A DNA stretch of 64,000 nucleotides from Eledone cirrhosa (lineage: Eukaryota): positions 153,822,001 through 153,886,000 of the forward strand of contig OZ024743.1 of assembly GCA_964016885.1 (NCBI GenBank). Reading direction: 5' to 3'. The translations under genes were made by a program, and so were the position numbers. Positions 12,170-27,274 of the stretch are shown piece after piece (position 1 is the stretch's first letter; each line of letters begins with the position of its first letter). Below the pieces are notes generated by a model. That model had not been told where the DNA came from. It did no database searches and was given only the letters and a program-made list of their open reading frames with translations.

Positions 12170-13852
12170 TAATAATGATTACAGTATGGTGTTTAGCATG
12201 CAAATTGGTGTCCACAAGCTCTGTCATTAGCCCTCTTCTGTTTATTATCATCTTCTAATCTATAACAGAATAGTTTAAAATAGGTTGCATTTGGGAATTT
12301 CTGTATACTGATAATCTTCCTCCCATAATTGAATCTATGGTAGAACTAGAGAAAAAATTCCAGACCTAGGAGATTAACTTGGAATAAAAATGTCTTTCGG
12401 TCAAAGACTAAAGTCCAAGAAAATAGAAAGGAAAACAAGGTACTGATCTTTTCATGGAAATGGCCCTGCTCATTGTGTAGGAAAAGGGTGGGTAGGAATT
12501 CGATCTGCTGTCACAAATGCAAACTATGAGTACACAAGTGATGTATCTGGATCTCAGACAGGCTAGCAAAGAACCAAGGTTTTTCATGTGGTCGATGCAC
12601 AGGAACAGTAAGCAGCAAGCACTCACAGGAAACAAGCTCTAACACATTTTTAGAGGATTCCATAGAACCAGTTGATGGCTTCTGTTACGTGGGAAACCAA
12701 ATTAGCACCGGAGGTGGGTATTTTGAAAGTACAGTAGCCTGAGTGAGAATGGGATGGAGAAAGTTCAGGGAGCTACTACAACTGATAACCATAACAGATT
12801 CTTCCTTTAAAATGAAGGGCAGATTTTATGATGCATCTATATGGTAATGTTATATTGTAGTGAGCACTGTGTACAGAGGACCAATGAAGATTGAAAAGAA
12901 AATTAAGCTTACATGTTCCAATTGATATGTAAAAGTAATATACATGAAGAGCAAAGCATAAATGAACTGAAAGAGAAACTGGGAACAAGAGGGATCAGGT
13001 GAAGCATGCAGGAGAGGATATTGCAGTGGTATGGATATGCAATGTATATAAAGGATGACAACTGCATAAAAAGGTGCAGCGCACTCAAAGTTGAAGGAAG
13101 CTATGGAAGAGGAAAACATAGGAATGCTTAGGATGAGGTAATAAAATCTGACCACACACAGTTGTACATCTCAAAGGCAATGACACGGGATTGAGATCTC
13201 TGGTGTTATGCAGTACTACAGAAGACCCATTTTCCCATCTGCATGGGGCACAGGATGAAGCAGCATGTAGTGGTCTCTAGTATTCCTCACTGCTTCCTCA
13301 TACATCCTTCTATACACATGTATATAAGCATGGAAAGATGAACATATACTCCCACAATATTGCTGAAAATGCTAACAGTTCTCAGTTCACCCTATAAACT
13401 GGTGACACAACAAGAGCCTCTATACCAGCATTTAAGGTGATCATGTTGGCACCATGACAAAAAGTACATTTACTCCTCCTTGTAATGTAACATGACAAAA
13501 GAGTACCTAACTCTAACAACAAAAGAGCTCAGACTAAACTGTAAAGTGGTCGATTGGTGCCCCAACAAAGTGCTCATCCCACACTGTATTGGGACTAAGT
13601 GCACACTGTAAACTGGTCATGTTAGTTTTATGAGAAAAAGTTCCCAGTCCATGTTGTTAAGTGATAATTTTGGTGCCACAATAAAAAGCACTCAGTCCAC
13701 CCTGTAAATGTTATTTGTATTAGGAAGGGCGTCCAGCCAGAAGCAGTTCGGTATGGGAAGACATGGTCATCTGTCCTGACCTGACCTGTCTCACAACAGG
13801 AAAATTTGTCTAACCCATGCTAGCATGGATATTAAATTTTAAGAATGATGAT
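12170..13852 (+). mobile_element. Degenerate RTE-clade LINE, 3' part
   Basis: Homologous to 19250-20620 (RT end, Cys finger, thumb) and ends in the shared tail ccatgctagcatgga...(TGA)n. Confidence 0.75.
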
Positions 13853-14799
13853 GTCTATACCCTGAGCTTCCTCACACTTTATGTCGGCCAAATTGCATTC
13901 AGAGTGCATTGGTTAGCTTGGTGCTATAGTAGAAGACACTTGACCAAGGTGCCATGCAGTAGTAATAAAGTGAACTTCTTAATCATGCAATCATGCCCTC
14001 TTTGTATTGGTGTAAAAGAAAACATCCAGTCTACGATGTAAGATGTAAGTGGAACATACTTGTAATATTAGAGAGGAAACTGTATTTGTAATTATTATGA
14101 TTTTTTATTTTGGTAGAGCTGCTTATTAATCCTCATCTTCAGAGAATGTCTTTGTGTGTCACACAGATTGTCATCTTTGCATTATTTTATAGATTTGTTT
14201 GATTATAATGCTATATTATTTTGTTCTTGATCTGCAAGTATTTTTTTTAGCTGTGGCATGGGATTTTGTATGGCTAATATTTTGGATTTAATGTTGTTAA
14301 TTATGTTTTATATACCTGCATTATTAGATTTTCTCCTCTGTAATTGCCTTCAAGGTTTCCCCATTCTCATATTTGTTATGTATTGTCTAATGTTACCAAC
14401 AATTTTTGTTGTAGTTTTTATAACTCTTATAAAGGTTCTATAATAATTTTATTGATTAAAATATTTTATTGTGATGGTTAAATTTTTTTAGTTGTTCTGA
14501 GGTCTGTAAATTTTCATTAAATATCTTTTATAACATTAGTGCCATTAAGCTTTATGGTATTTTGTGTTTATGACATTGAAGTATTGAGAAGTTTGATAAG
14601 GCTTAGGTTACTCAAAGAGAGTACAAAACCCATTTTCTGCAATGAAGAGAATGACTGCACCAGTGGTTGGCATAAAGATTGATAATGATGAAGGTGATAT
14701 ACCTCAATAACTTCAATATCCATCATTCATATTACACTGATTTTATTTAAAACAATGTATAGATTTCACATAGGTTGTTACAAATCACAACAGCAACAA

Positions 14800-14982
14800 T
14801 AATTGTTTCTACTATTGGCACAAGGCCAGAAAATTACTCAGTACATTACTGGTACTTTATTTTATCGACCCCGTAAGGATGAAAGGCAAAGTTAACCTCG
14901 GCGGGATTTGAACTCAGAATGGCAAGGGCCGTAACTCTATGCGTCAAAGCATGGCGTCCGAACCTCTACCAATACTGCCAAT
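14800..14982 (-). mobile_element. Octopus-type tRNA-derived SINE
   Basis: Second copy at 54230-54410; B-box GAGTTCAAATCC on the minus strand. Confidence 0.75.
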
Positions 14983-15297
14983 ATGATAAAACATAATGGC
15001 TTTGAAACCGGACTCTCATTTTGTTTTAATAGCCACCCATCTTATCCAACATGGCAATGTCCAACTCATCTAAGATATCAGAAAACATTAATGCACATCT
15101 TATCAGTCGTCAAGATGTTCTTATTATGCATACTGTCTCATAAAATATTGGAGTACACTTATTAAATAATCTGTGGGTCATCAAAACCATTTCATCAAAC
15201 AACATATAGATTTTTAGAACTATATTTTGGACTGCTATATTCCAAATAGTTAGTCTTTTACTACTTTCACTTATTGGGATATGGCAATCCATATTCA

Positions 15298-15488
<191 letters not shown>

Positions 15489-15595
15489 TATTTTCCGTAG
15501 TGTTGTAATATAAATATTACACACAGTAGATGGACAGCTCACGTAGAGTTTGCTCGACGGTTCCAGTTGTAGTTCCAAAGGTAATCCGGAGAAAA

Positions 15596-15841
15596 ATAGA
15601 AGGATTTTAATGGATACAGTTTAGTTAAAAGGAATTTATTGACACGTGTTTCTATAACAGTTACATAACCTGTTTCTATAACAGTTACATTCCGATGAAA
15701 TGACAGTTGATAATAACATTGAAATATTGAATGTCTGCATAACTAATACTTTGTAGATAGCAGCTGTTTTCAGGTTGTGTAACTGTTATAGAAACACGTG
15801 TCAATAAATTCCTTTTAACTAAACTGTATCCATTAAAATCC

Positions 15842-15847
<6 letters not shown>
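15596..15847 (+). repeat. Inverted-repeat PLE pLTR remnant with an HHR-like motif (15689-15805)
   Basis: Arms 15596-15672 and 15771-15847. att CCGATGA aATGACAGTT...AACTGTTATa GAAA CACGTG TC aat. Confidence 0.7.
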
Positions 15848-15871
<24 letters not shown>

Positions 15872-15876
<5 letters not shown>

Positions 15877-16272
15877 AATATGATAATAATGGAGCTGCGG
15901 CGTTGCAAATGGGTTACATATGAACAAGTTTGTCCTTCATCAGTGGTCTTCCAACCGTCATAGGCATTTCATCGCTTTAAAGACCATATACCTCAGGTTG
16001 GTGCGAGCAACGGCTAAAAAAAGTCGTTGGGACACGTAAATAAAGGGGACGCTAGGATAAACAAACAAAATGGTTTAAGCAACAGAAAGTGATGAAGAAA
16101 GAGACAAGTCCCAGATTTCTATGAATATAAATTCGGTGAAATCGTGAACGAGAGAATAAAGACCATCAAACCTGGTTGAAATGTGAGCAAGGAAGGAATT
16201 TCGCATAGGTCAAAAGGGAGGAAGAAGGGGTCTGGTCTGCGAATTCGGTAAACATAAGTTCTGTGTAGTCGC

Positions 16273-16310
<38 letters not shown>

Positions 16311-16740
16311 AAAAATTCATACCGGCTTGGCGAGAAAAGAATTACGGTCAGGTCAAACGGGAAGAAAGAGGAGGAGGAGAGGTAGTGACAGAGAATGAGT
16401 GAGTGAAGGGTGAGGAAGAGGATAACAGAGAGAGAGAGACTGCTAGAAAGGGTAAAGATACAAAGAACGAAACAGACGGGTAGCAGCAGAGGAAAACATA
16501 TATGTGTAAATATGATAATAATGGAGCTGCGGCGTTGCAAATGGGTTACATATGAAAAAGTTTGTCACTTTCTGTTGCTTAAGCCATTTTGTTTTTTTAC
16601 CCGAGCGTCCCCTTTATTTACGTGTCCCAACGACTTTTTTTAGCCGTTGCTCGCTCCAACCTGAGGTATATGGTCTTTAAAGCGATGAAATGCCTATGAC
16701 GGTTGGAAGACCACTGATGAAGGACAAACTTTTTCATATA
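15872..16740. repeat. Direct plus inverted repeat structure, probably a non-autonomous PLE remnant
   Basis: Direct repeat 15872-15935/16505-16567 and inverted repeat ~15918-16091/16566-16740. Contains CTGATGA; (TA)n flanks. Confidence 0.65.
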
Positions 16741-16747
16741 TATATAT

Positions 16748-18782
16748 ATAAAGGTTTACCTATACATAAAGTTATATATGTTACAACAGCTCACTTTGTG
16801 GCTCTATGAAGAATTAATAAATTAAATAATCAGAGCAATATATCATAAATCATGTCTATGGAATTATTAGATAAATAAAATATATACCATTTTCTCTGCC
16901 AACCAGCATAATTAACCATATAAAAAATCAATTAGACCAAGCTATAAGGATAAAGGCTCCTATGAAGAAATCTCCGACAAATAAACGAAAGTGGCCTCTT
17001 CGCGGTGGCCTCAATAGAGTATTTATCCAACATTTCGACAGCATGTAGAATCTGACCAAATATACAATCAACCATACACAATTAGGTGTAAATTCAAATT
17101 TAGAAGAAATGTGCACATACCGTAACTATATCTCTACCATGGTTTCATCCGTATTTTTAGATATCCAATTAATAGGAAATCCACAGAGTTCGGATTCATC
17201 AGGAGACAAACTCAAAAATAGAAACTTAGTATTCCAATGTGATCGCGCCAAAATTAGATTCGAAAATGGATTAGAACCGCAATATGGCCGTGGTCAAGTT
17301 GGAAAGAATGTGATTGGTTGCTTACGGCGGGTAGGCTTGTAGCTAGAAAGCGCAGCCAAATGTCGCCAAATTGTATCTCAACCTAACGGGAGATTATTAA
17401 ATATAAAGGTTTACATATACATAAAGTTATATATGTTACCACCGGTCACTTTGTGGCTCTATGAAGAATTAACAAATTAAATAATCAGAGCAATATATCA
17501 TAAATCATGTCTATAGAATTATTAGATAAATAAAATATATACCATTTCCTCTGCCAATCAGCATAATTAACCATATAAAAAATCAATTAGACCAAGTTAT
17601 AAGGATAAAGGCTCCTATGAAGAAATCTCCGACAAATAAACGAAAGTGGCCTCTTCGCGGTGGCCTCAATAGAGTATTTATCCAACATTTCGACAGCATG
17701 TAGAAACTGACCAAATATACAATCAACCATACACAATTAGGTGTAAATTCAAACTTAGAAGAAATGTCGCCAAATTGTATCTCAACCTAACGGGAGATTG
17801 TTAATTGGATATCTAAAAATACGGATGATACCATGGTAGAGATATAGTTACGGTATGTGCACATTTCTTCTAAGTTTGAATTTACACCTAATTGTGTATG
17901 GTTGATTGTATATTTGGTCAGTTTCTACATGCTGTCGAAATGTTGGATAAATACTCTATTGAGGCCACCGCGAAGAGGCCACTTTCGTTTATTTGTCGGA
18001 GATTTCTTCATAGGAGCCTTTATCCTTATAACTTGGTCTAATTGATTTTTTATATGGTTAATTATGCTGGTTGGCAGAGGAAATGGTATATATTTTATTT
18101 ATCTAATAATTCTATAGACATGATTTATGATATATTGCTCTGATTATTTAATTTATTAATTCTTCATAGAGCCACAAAGTGACCGGTTGTAACATATATA
18201 ACTTTATGTATATGTAAACCTTTATATTTAATAATCTCCCCTTAGGTTGAGATACAATTTGGCGATATTTGGCTGCGCTTTCTAGCAACAAGCCTACCCG
18301 CCGTAAGCAACCAATCACATTCTTTCCAACTTGACTACGGCCATATTGCGGTTCTAAGCCATTTTCGAATCTAATTTTGGCGCGATCACTTTGGAATACT
18401 AAGTGTCTATTTTTGAGTTTGTATCCTGATGAATCCGAACTCTGTGGATTTCCTATTAATTGGATATCTAAAAATACGGATGAAACCATGGTACAGATAT
18501 AGTTACGGTATGTGCACATTTCTTCTAAGTTTGAATTTGCATCTAATTGTGTATGGTTGATTGTATATTTGGTCAGATTCTACATGCTGTCGAAATGTTG
18601 GATAAATACTCTATTGAGGCCACCGCGAAGAGGCCACTTTCGTTTATTTGTCGGAGATTTCTTCATAGGAGCCTTTATCCTCATAGCTTGGTCTAATTGG
18701 TTTTTTATATGGTTAATTATGCTGATTGACAGAGGAAATGGTATATATTTTATTTATCTAATAATTCTATAAACATGATTTA

Positions 18783-18787
<5 letters not shown>
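16748..18787. repeat. Second ~655 bp HHR repeat family: 1.5 tandem units followed by 1.5 inverted units
   Basis: 16748-17766 is co-linear with the 10141-11775 family; 17801-18787 is its reverse complement. HHRs at 17131-17206 (-) and 18423-18498 (+). Confidence 0.9.
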
Positions 18788-18823
<36 letters not shown>

Positions 18824-18838
18824 TTCTATATATATATA

Positions 18839-18994
18839 TATAAAAGTTTTAATATAGATGAGATTCTACAGGACTAGACCTGTTTCATTCTTTAGAAATC
18901 ATCAGGAATCCTGCATTCCTGATGATTTCTATAGAATGAAACAGTTCTTACAGTTCTAGTCCTGTAGAATCTCATCTATATTAAAACTTTTATA
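18839..18994. repeat. Fold-back hairpin with degenerate HHR cores
   Basis: Near-perfect inverted repeat with CTGATGA tttct..agaat GAAA on both arms. Confidence 0.7.
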
Positions 18995-19054
18995 CTCTGC
19001 AATGTATTGAGTACCTTACTTACTGTGGTTACCTCCGATTCAACCCGGAATAAC

Positions 19055-19127
<73 letters not shown>

Positions 19128-19132
<5 letters not shown>

Positions 19133-20625
19133 GCATTTGTCGACCTAGAAAAAGCATTCGACAGAGTGTTCCGTGCCATAATCTGGTGGGCTCTTAGAAA
19201 ACTAGGAGTAGATGATTGGCTTGTGAAAGCTGTACAAGCCATGTATATGGGAGCACTCAGCAAAGTAAGCGTTAACAATGACTATAGCTAGGAATTAAGC
19301 ATAGAGGTCGGTGTCCACCAAGGCTCTGTGCTTAGCCCTCTCCAGTTCATTATAGTATTGCAGGCTATAACAGAGGAGTTTAATCCCGGATGCCAACGGG
19401 AATTCCTGTATGCAGATGATCTGACACTTATAGCTGAATCTATGGTGGAACCAGAGCAGAAATTCCAAACATGAAAGCAGAGACTAGAAAGAAAGGGTCT
19501 CAAGGTCAACGTGACAAAGACTAAGGTTGACAAAGACTAAGTAAACGAGAACACAGTACACAGATCCCTTTAGTATGTAGGAAAAACGTAGGTAGGAATT
19601 CCATCCTCTACCCCAAATGCAAACTATGGGCACACAAGAGATGTAATAGGATCTCATGAAGCTTAGCTAAGAATGTAGTCTTTACATGTAGCAGCTGCAC
19701 CGGGACAGCAAGCACCAAATGGCCACAGGAAACAAGCGCTACCAACCTCTGGGAGGGCTCTGTAGAAACAGTAGACAGCTCTTGCTACCTAGGTGAGTGA
19801 GTTAGAAGTGGAGGTGGGTGTTCAGAAAGTATAGTAACCAGGGTAAGAACGGTATGGAAGAAGTTCAGGGAGCTAGTGCCACTGCTAGCTGCAAAAGGCT
19901 TTTCGCTCAAAATAAAAGACAGACTATGATGCATGCATACGAACAGCAATATTGAATGTTAGTGAGACCTGGGCACTGTATGTAAAAGACTTGCATAGAT
20001 TAGAAAGAAACAAAGCTTGCATGCTCCGAATTATGTGTAATAGTAATATACGTGAACAGCAAAGCATAACTGAATTCAGAGAGAGACTGAGCATAAGAGG
20101 AATAAAATGCTGTGTGCGGGAGCGGAGGTTCCGTTGATATGGACATGTGATGTGTATGAACAAGTGAGCACTAGAAGTCGATTAAAGCCGCGGAGTGGAG
20201 AGACCCAAGAAGACGTAGAATGAGGTGATAAATTGCACCTCTCAAAGATGATGACAGCACCGTGACCTCTGGCATCACACAGTAATACAGAAGACCCGGC
20301 TTCCCAGATACAAGCCGAAGCTGAAGCATATAGACAATATTACCCCACCCCTCCCACTGCAAAGTTGTCGTCAATATGTCACAAGAAAAAAGCACCCAGC
20401 CTACACTGTTAAGTGGTTGTGTAGGTGCCACGGAAAAAAGCACCCAGCACTCACTGTAAATGAGGTTGGTGTTAGGAAGGGCATCCATCTGTAGAAATCA
20501 AGCCAAAATCAATTCCCGTATGAGCAAGACAAGGTCAGCCGACCTGGCATTGCCCACAACAGGACAACCCGTCTAACCCATGCTAGCATGGAAGAACGGA
20601 TGTAAAACAGTGATGATTATGATGA
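19128..20625 (+). mobile_element. RTE-clade LINE, 5'-truncated
   Basis: AFVDLEKAFDRV...WALRKLGVDDWLV, GVHQGSVLSP, YADD, 3' UTR repeats and a (TGA)n-like tail. Confidence 0.9.
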
Positions 20626-20914
20626 ATTATACATACTCATCTAAAGTCTCCATCTACTGTCCTATTCATTATATATTGTCTATCAACTTCTATTCTATTT
20701 ACAAGACCAGCAACCTGTAAAGTAAAAGAGGGCAGTCAATATTCAATCCCTTCATTTTCACCCATTATCATTATCAGTCTATATCTCTCCCATCATCAAA
20801 CTTTCATCATTTTACCACTCTTCTATCTTAATGCTTTTATAAAAAGACATTCACTTATCACTCATTACTGCTGCTATCTTACATTTAAAGTCTAGTCTAA
20901 AGTTTGTCTCAAGC

Positions 20915-21170
20915 TAGGAGGCTAGTCAGGCTGGTGCTTATCGCAGTTTCATGGTGTGAAGCAACTGAGTGTACAAGACAGGATGCCAGTTCATTGCAGA
21001 GTTAAACCCACAACTATAGCTGGTACTCATTATCAGCTGAGAATACTGGAGCAATGTGAAGTGAAGTGTCTTGCTCAAGAACACAACACACAACCTAACC
21101 CAGAAATCAAACCCATAACATTATGATCATAAGTCCAACACCATTACCACTAGGCCACGCCTCTCCACTA
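20915..21170 (-). mobile_element. tRNA-derived SINE (CORE-like)
   Basis: Minus strand has A-box TGGCCTAGTGG, B-box-like GGTTTGATTTC, then ttcttgagcaagacacttcac. Confidence 0.75.
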
Positions 21171-21639
21171 TTATTTACTTTCTCTCATCATGGCATATCA
21201 TTATGGCTACTCTTTCACAAGTTGCAGTTTTTCATACAATGACCTTCCAATTACAGATAAACTTTATTTCCGTTCACCGTTTTATGAATATAATTTTATT
21301 TTTTTATTATTAGTTCTTAGTTGAATAGAATGTTGTCATATTTACAAAAATGATACGCGACGCAGCCCACCCACAGCTCCAGTGTAAGTTACGACAATTC
21401 TGGTTTGTATTTATTTTCTTGATTTATTCTTAAATTGGGTCTGACAAACACCTGTTGTCTATAGTTAGTATTCTCTTCACCTTAGCGAAACTGGTCCCTT
21501 ATGATTTGAACACATATGTATATGTCTGTGTTCGTTTTTCTTTTTTGTTCAATTATATTATGCGTCTCAGAAAAATCTCTATCCTAAAGCTAATTTATTG
21601 TAAGAGACTATTTTGAGTTTCTAAATCAATATTTGCCTT

Positions 21640-23340
<1,701 letters not shown>

Positions 23341-24024
23341 TTTTTTTTGTCTCTCTGCGCATGTGTTTGCGTGTGTGTATAGTGTTTGATGTGTGTTCGC
23401 ATTTGGGTGACTGTTTTGGTTATTGCATTCTATCTTAGTTTACTAGTGTGTGTTTATATGTGTTTGTTGTTATTGTGCTTGTGTATGTATTTATTTATTT
23501 ATTTATACTTCTCATAAATAAATAAAACATTAGTGTCTGCAGTTCTGTTCGCATGCCGACATAAGAGCAAGAATGAAGTGTTCATTCTCCTAACATGGCT
23601 ATAAAATTGAGGCTTGTTTGCAAAATTGCAAACAAATCGAATGTTACTATTAATATTCGTAAAACTCAGATTACATTCATATATAAATATATATATATAG
23701 TAACAATTTGAGTATATGTTTGTTAATCCCCACCACTTCAATATGCATGGCAGAGCACCCAACAAAGTGTATTTACTCCAGAGTATATTCATAAACACGA
23801 AATATAAGATAACCAATTAAAATTAACTTCATTTATTCATAGACAGTGTGATATGTATTTCGGTGATAACTGTTGTTATACAACAGCTATGACATCATCT
23901 GACAGCTTGAATTTGAATAGCAAAAACAGAAAGACATAAAGATGAAATAAAGCTTACTTCTGTTATTTCGAAGTATTGATATGCTCCAAGCTGAATTTTT
24001 GTGTTGCTTTCTGAAGGCCTGGTA

Positions 24025-24098
<74 letters not shown>

Positions 24099-24124
24099 TA
24101 AAATAACAGATTAAAGTTTAAGCA

Positions 24125-26520
24125 AAGAATCGCTGCTTTCACCCTTAACGAGAGTCACATGGTGGTGGAACAATAAGGTAGATGGGGCAATTAAGGCTAA
24201 GAGACAGGCATAGAAAGAATGGAAGAACGGGGGAAGTAGGGTACATTACATAGAGACAATGAGGGGAGCTAGACAACACGTATACTTAGCTAGAAGGGAC
24301 CGAGGGTAGAAAATTCAAACATGTTTTGCAGTGTGAGGACCGGAAACAGGAAGTGTTCAGGATTGCAAGGCAGTGTGTTAGAGAAAATTGTGATGTCATT
24401 GGAGAGAAGTGTGTGCGGAATGATAAAGGTGAGCTTGCCCTCACAAATGCTGAGAAGAAAGATGTGTGGAAGAGCTACTAAGAAAAATTACTGAATGAGG
24501 AGAATGCATGGGAGAAAGAGACCCTAGCCCAAGTGGATCCTATATAGGTGCCAGCAGTACAAGTCAGCAGCAGCGTAGTAAGTAAGGCAATTAAAGATAT
24601 GAAGACAGGGAAGCGAACCGGTTCACTGGGTATAGCTGCCGAGATGCTGAAGTCATCTAGGTCAGTAAATCACACCGTACTTATTGTTAAGCAGGTAATA
24701 CTAAAGGGTGTCATACCACAGGATTGGTGCAGCAGCATCATTGTCAACTGTTACAAGGGTAAAGGTGATGCACTAGATAAAGGAAACTATAGATCTATAA
24801 AGCTGATGGATGAGGTCATGAAAGTAATGGGAAAAGTTATAGCACAGTTGATTAGGGACCAGGTAAAACTAGGTGAGATGCAATTTGGGTTTGTGCCAGG
24901 AAAGGGCACCGCTGATGCCCTCTTCCTTGTGAGGCAGTTTCAGGAAAAGTACCTAAGTCGCTCTAACAGGCATTTGTTGATCTGGAAAAGGCCCTTGACA
25001 GAGTGCTTCGTGCTATAATCTGGTGTGCTCTTAGAAAACTAGGGGGTAGATGAATGGCTTGTGAAAGCAGTACTAGCCATGTTAGGGGAGCAGTCAGCAA
25101 AGTTAGGATTAGCAATGACTATAGCGAGGAATTTAGTATACAGTTCAGTCTCCACCAAGGCTGTGTTTTTAGCCCTCTCCTGTTCATTATAGTACTGAAG
25201 GCTATAACAGAGGAGTTTAAGACCGGATGCCCGCGGGATCTTCCATACACAGATGATCTTATACTTATAGCTGAATCTATGATGGAACTAGAGAAGAAAT
25301 TCCAAAAATGGAAGCAGGGACTAGAAAGAAAAGGTCCAAAGTCAACCTGACATAGACTAATGTCCTCGTAAGTAGACGAGAAAACAGAATCCAGATCCCC
25401 TTAAAGAAATGGTCTCGCTCAGTATCTAGGCAAAGTGTAGGTAGGAACTCCATCCTCTGCCCTAAATGCAAACAGTGGGTAAACAAGAGCTGTAGTGGGA
25501 TCTCAGGAAGTTTAGCTAAGAATATAGGCTTTACATGCAGCAGCTGCACCGGGACAGCAAGCAGCAAATGTCTGCAGGAAACAATCACCACCAAACTGGG
25601 AGGGTTTTGTAGAAACAGTAGACAGCCTTTGCTATCTAGGAGACTGAATTAACAGTGCAGGTGGTTGTTCGGAAAGTACAGTAACCAGGGTTAGAACAGG
25701 ATGGAAGAATTTCAGGGAGTTACTGCCACTGCTAGCTGCAAAAGGCTTTTCACTCAAAATGAAAGACAGACTGTATGATGCGTGAATACGAACAGCAATG
25801 TTACATAGTAGTCAGACCTGGGCGTTGTGTGTAGAAGACTTGTGCAGATTAGAAAGAAACGAAGCTTGCATGCTCCGATGGATGTGTAATAGTAATATAC
25901 GTGAACAGCAAAGCATAAATGAATTGAGAGAGAGAGAGACTGAGCATAAGAGGAATCAAATGCTGTGTGCAGGAGAGGAGGTTGTGTTGGTATAGACATG
26001 TGATGAGTATAAAGGATGACAGCTGCATAAAAAGGTGCAGAATACTAGAAGCCGATGGAAAATGTGGAGTGCAGAGATCCAACAAGACCTGGGATGAGGT
26101 GATAAAAGCCGACCTTACTGAATTGCACTTCTCAAAGGTCATGCAAGGACCGTGATCTGTGGCATCACACAGTAATAAAGAAGACCCGACCTCCCACTGG
26201 TACAAGCCGAAGCTGAAGCATATTGACAATATGCCCCCAGCCCCTCCCACAGCAAAATGGTCGTGGAGGTGCCACGGCAAAAAAGCACCCAGCACACACT
26301 GTAAAGTGGTCGTGTAGGTGCCACGGAAAAAAGCACCCAGCACCCACTATAAATATGTTTGTGTTAGGAAGGGCAACCAACTGTAGAAATTGAGCCAAAA
26401 TCAGTTCCCGAATGAGCAAGACAAGGTCAGCCGACCGGGCACTGCCCACAACAGGACAACCCGTCTAATCCATGCTAGCGGCGAAGAATGGATGTAAAAT
26501 GGTGATGATAATGATGATAT
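24125..26520 (+). mobile_element. RTE-clade LINE, 5'-truncated, with stops and frameshifts
   Basis: YKGKGDALDKGNYRSIKL, QFGFVPGKGTADA, LHQGCVFSPLLF, YTDD and the shared 3' tail. Confidence 0.9.
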
Positions 26521-26527
26521 ATATATA

Positions 26528-27240
26528 ATTATTGCTGGTGACCTTAATGGTCATGTTAAGCAACATTGTGATGGCTATGATGGAGTCCATGGAGGTTATG
26601 GTTTGGTACTAGAAATGAGTAATGCTTCAGGATCCAGGAATTCTGTGATGCAAATGACCTGACTCCTTGTAACACAAACTTCAAAAAATGTGACAGTCAC
26701 GTGATCATGTGATTATAGATCATGTGACCACACCAGCTAGATAGATTTTATCCTTACTAAAAAAATGAGAGAGAGTGTCTGTTATGAACACTAAGTCCCT
26801 CCCTCGCGAAGAATGTGCCTCCCAACACAACTTAATAGTTAGTGACCTCATAGTCTGGGCCAGACGTACTCGCCAGCACAGGAATACCTTGAGGTGAAGA
26901 TTATGTAAGTTGAAGAACCCGTCAGCCAGTAACAAATTTAAAAGCATATTACTTGATGCTTTTGATAGTAAGGAAGAGCAATTTCCTTCCACCGTGTCGG
27001 TGATGCAACAAAACGCACCCAGTCCACACTGTAAAGTGGTTGTGTAGGAGACATGGTAAAAAGGCTCCCAGTCCACACTGTTAAAGTGGTTGGTGTTTGG
27101 AAGGGCATCCAGCTATAAAAACCTGCCAGAGACATTTCCATACGAGTGAGACATGGTCTCCCGACCAATCCTGCATCAAATGGAACAAAACCGTCTAACC
27201 CATGCTAGCGTGGAAGATGAACGTTAAACGATGATGATGA

Positions 27241-27245
<5 letters not shown>
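26528..27245 (+). mobile_element. Internally deleted RTE (APE endonuclease fragment joined to the 3' tail)
   Basis: IIAGDLNGHV...GVHGGYG...EFCDANDL..NTNFKK, IDFIL, then the 3' UTR and (TGA)n. Confidence 0.75.

Positions 27246-27274
<29 letters not shown>

Noticed and set aside
13380-13740. ~45 bp spaced repeats resembling a CRISPR array
   Set aside because: Degenerate tandem units without unique spacers, inside RTE 3' UTRs, in eukaryotic context with no cas genes.
16655-16710. CTGAGG...GAAA flanked by CCAACC/GGTTGG as a hammerhead
   Set aside because: The core lacks A9 and stems II and III do not form convincingly.
16928-18772. Repeated hydrophobic ORFs MHISSKFEF... and MCTYRNY... as real genes
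   Set aside because: They recur only because the DNA is repeated; stops differ between copies and the sister family has indels. Kept only as a weak hypothesis in the findings.
23958-24015. Possible small host exon on the minus strand (cag...GTAAGC)
   Set aside because: Splice-like signals only; no recognisable protein or partner exons.
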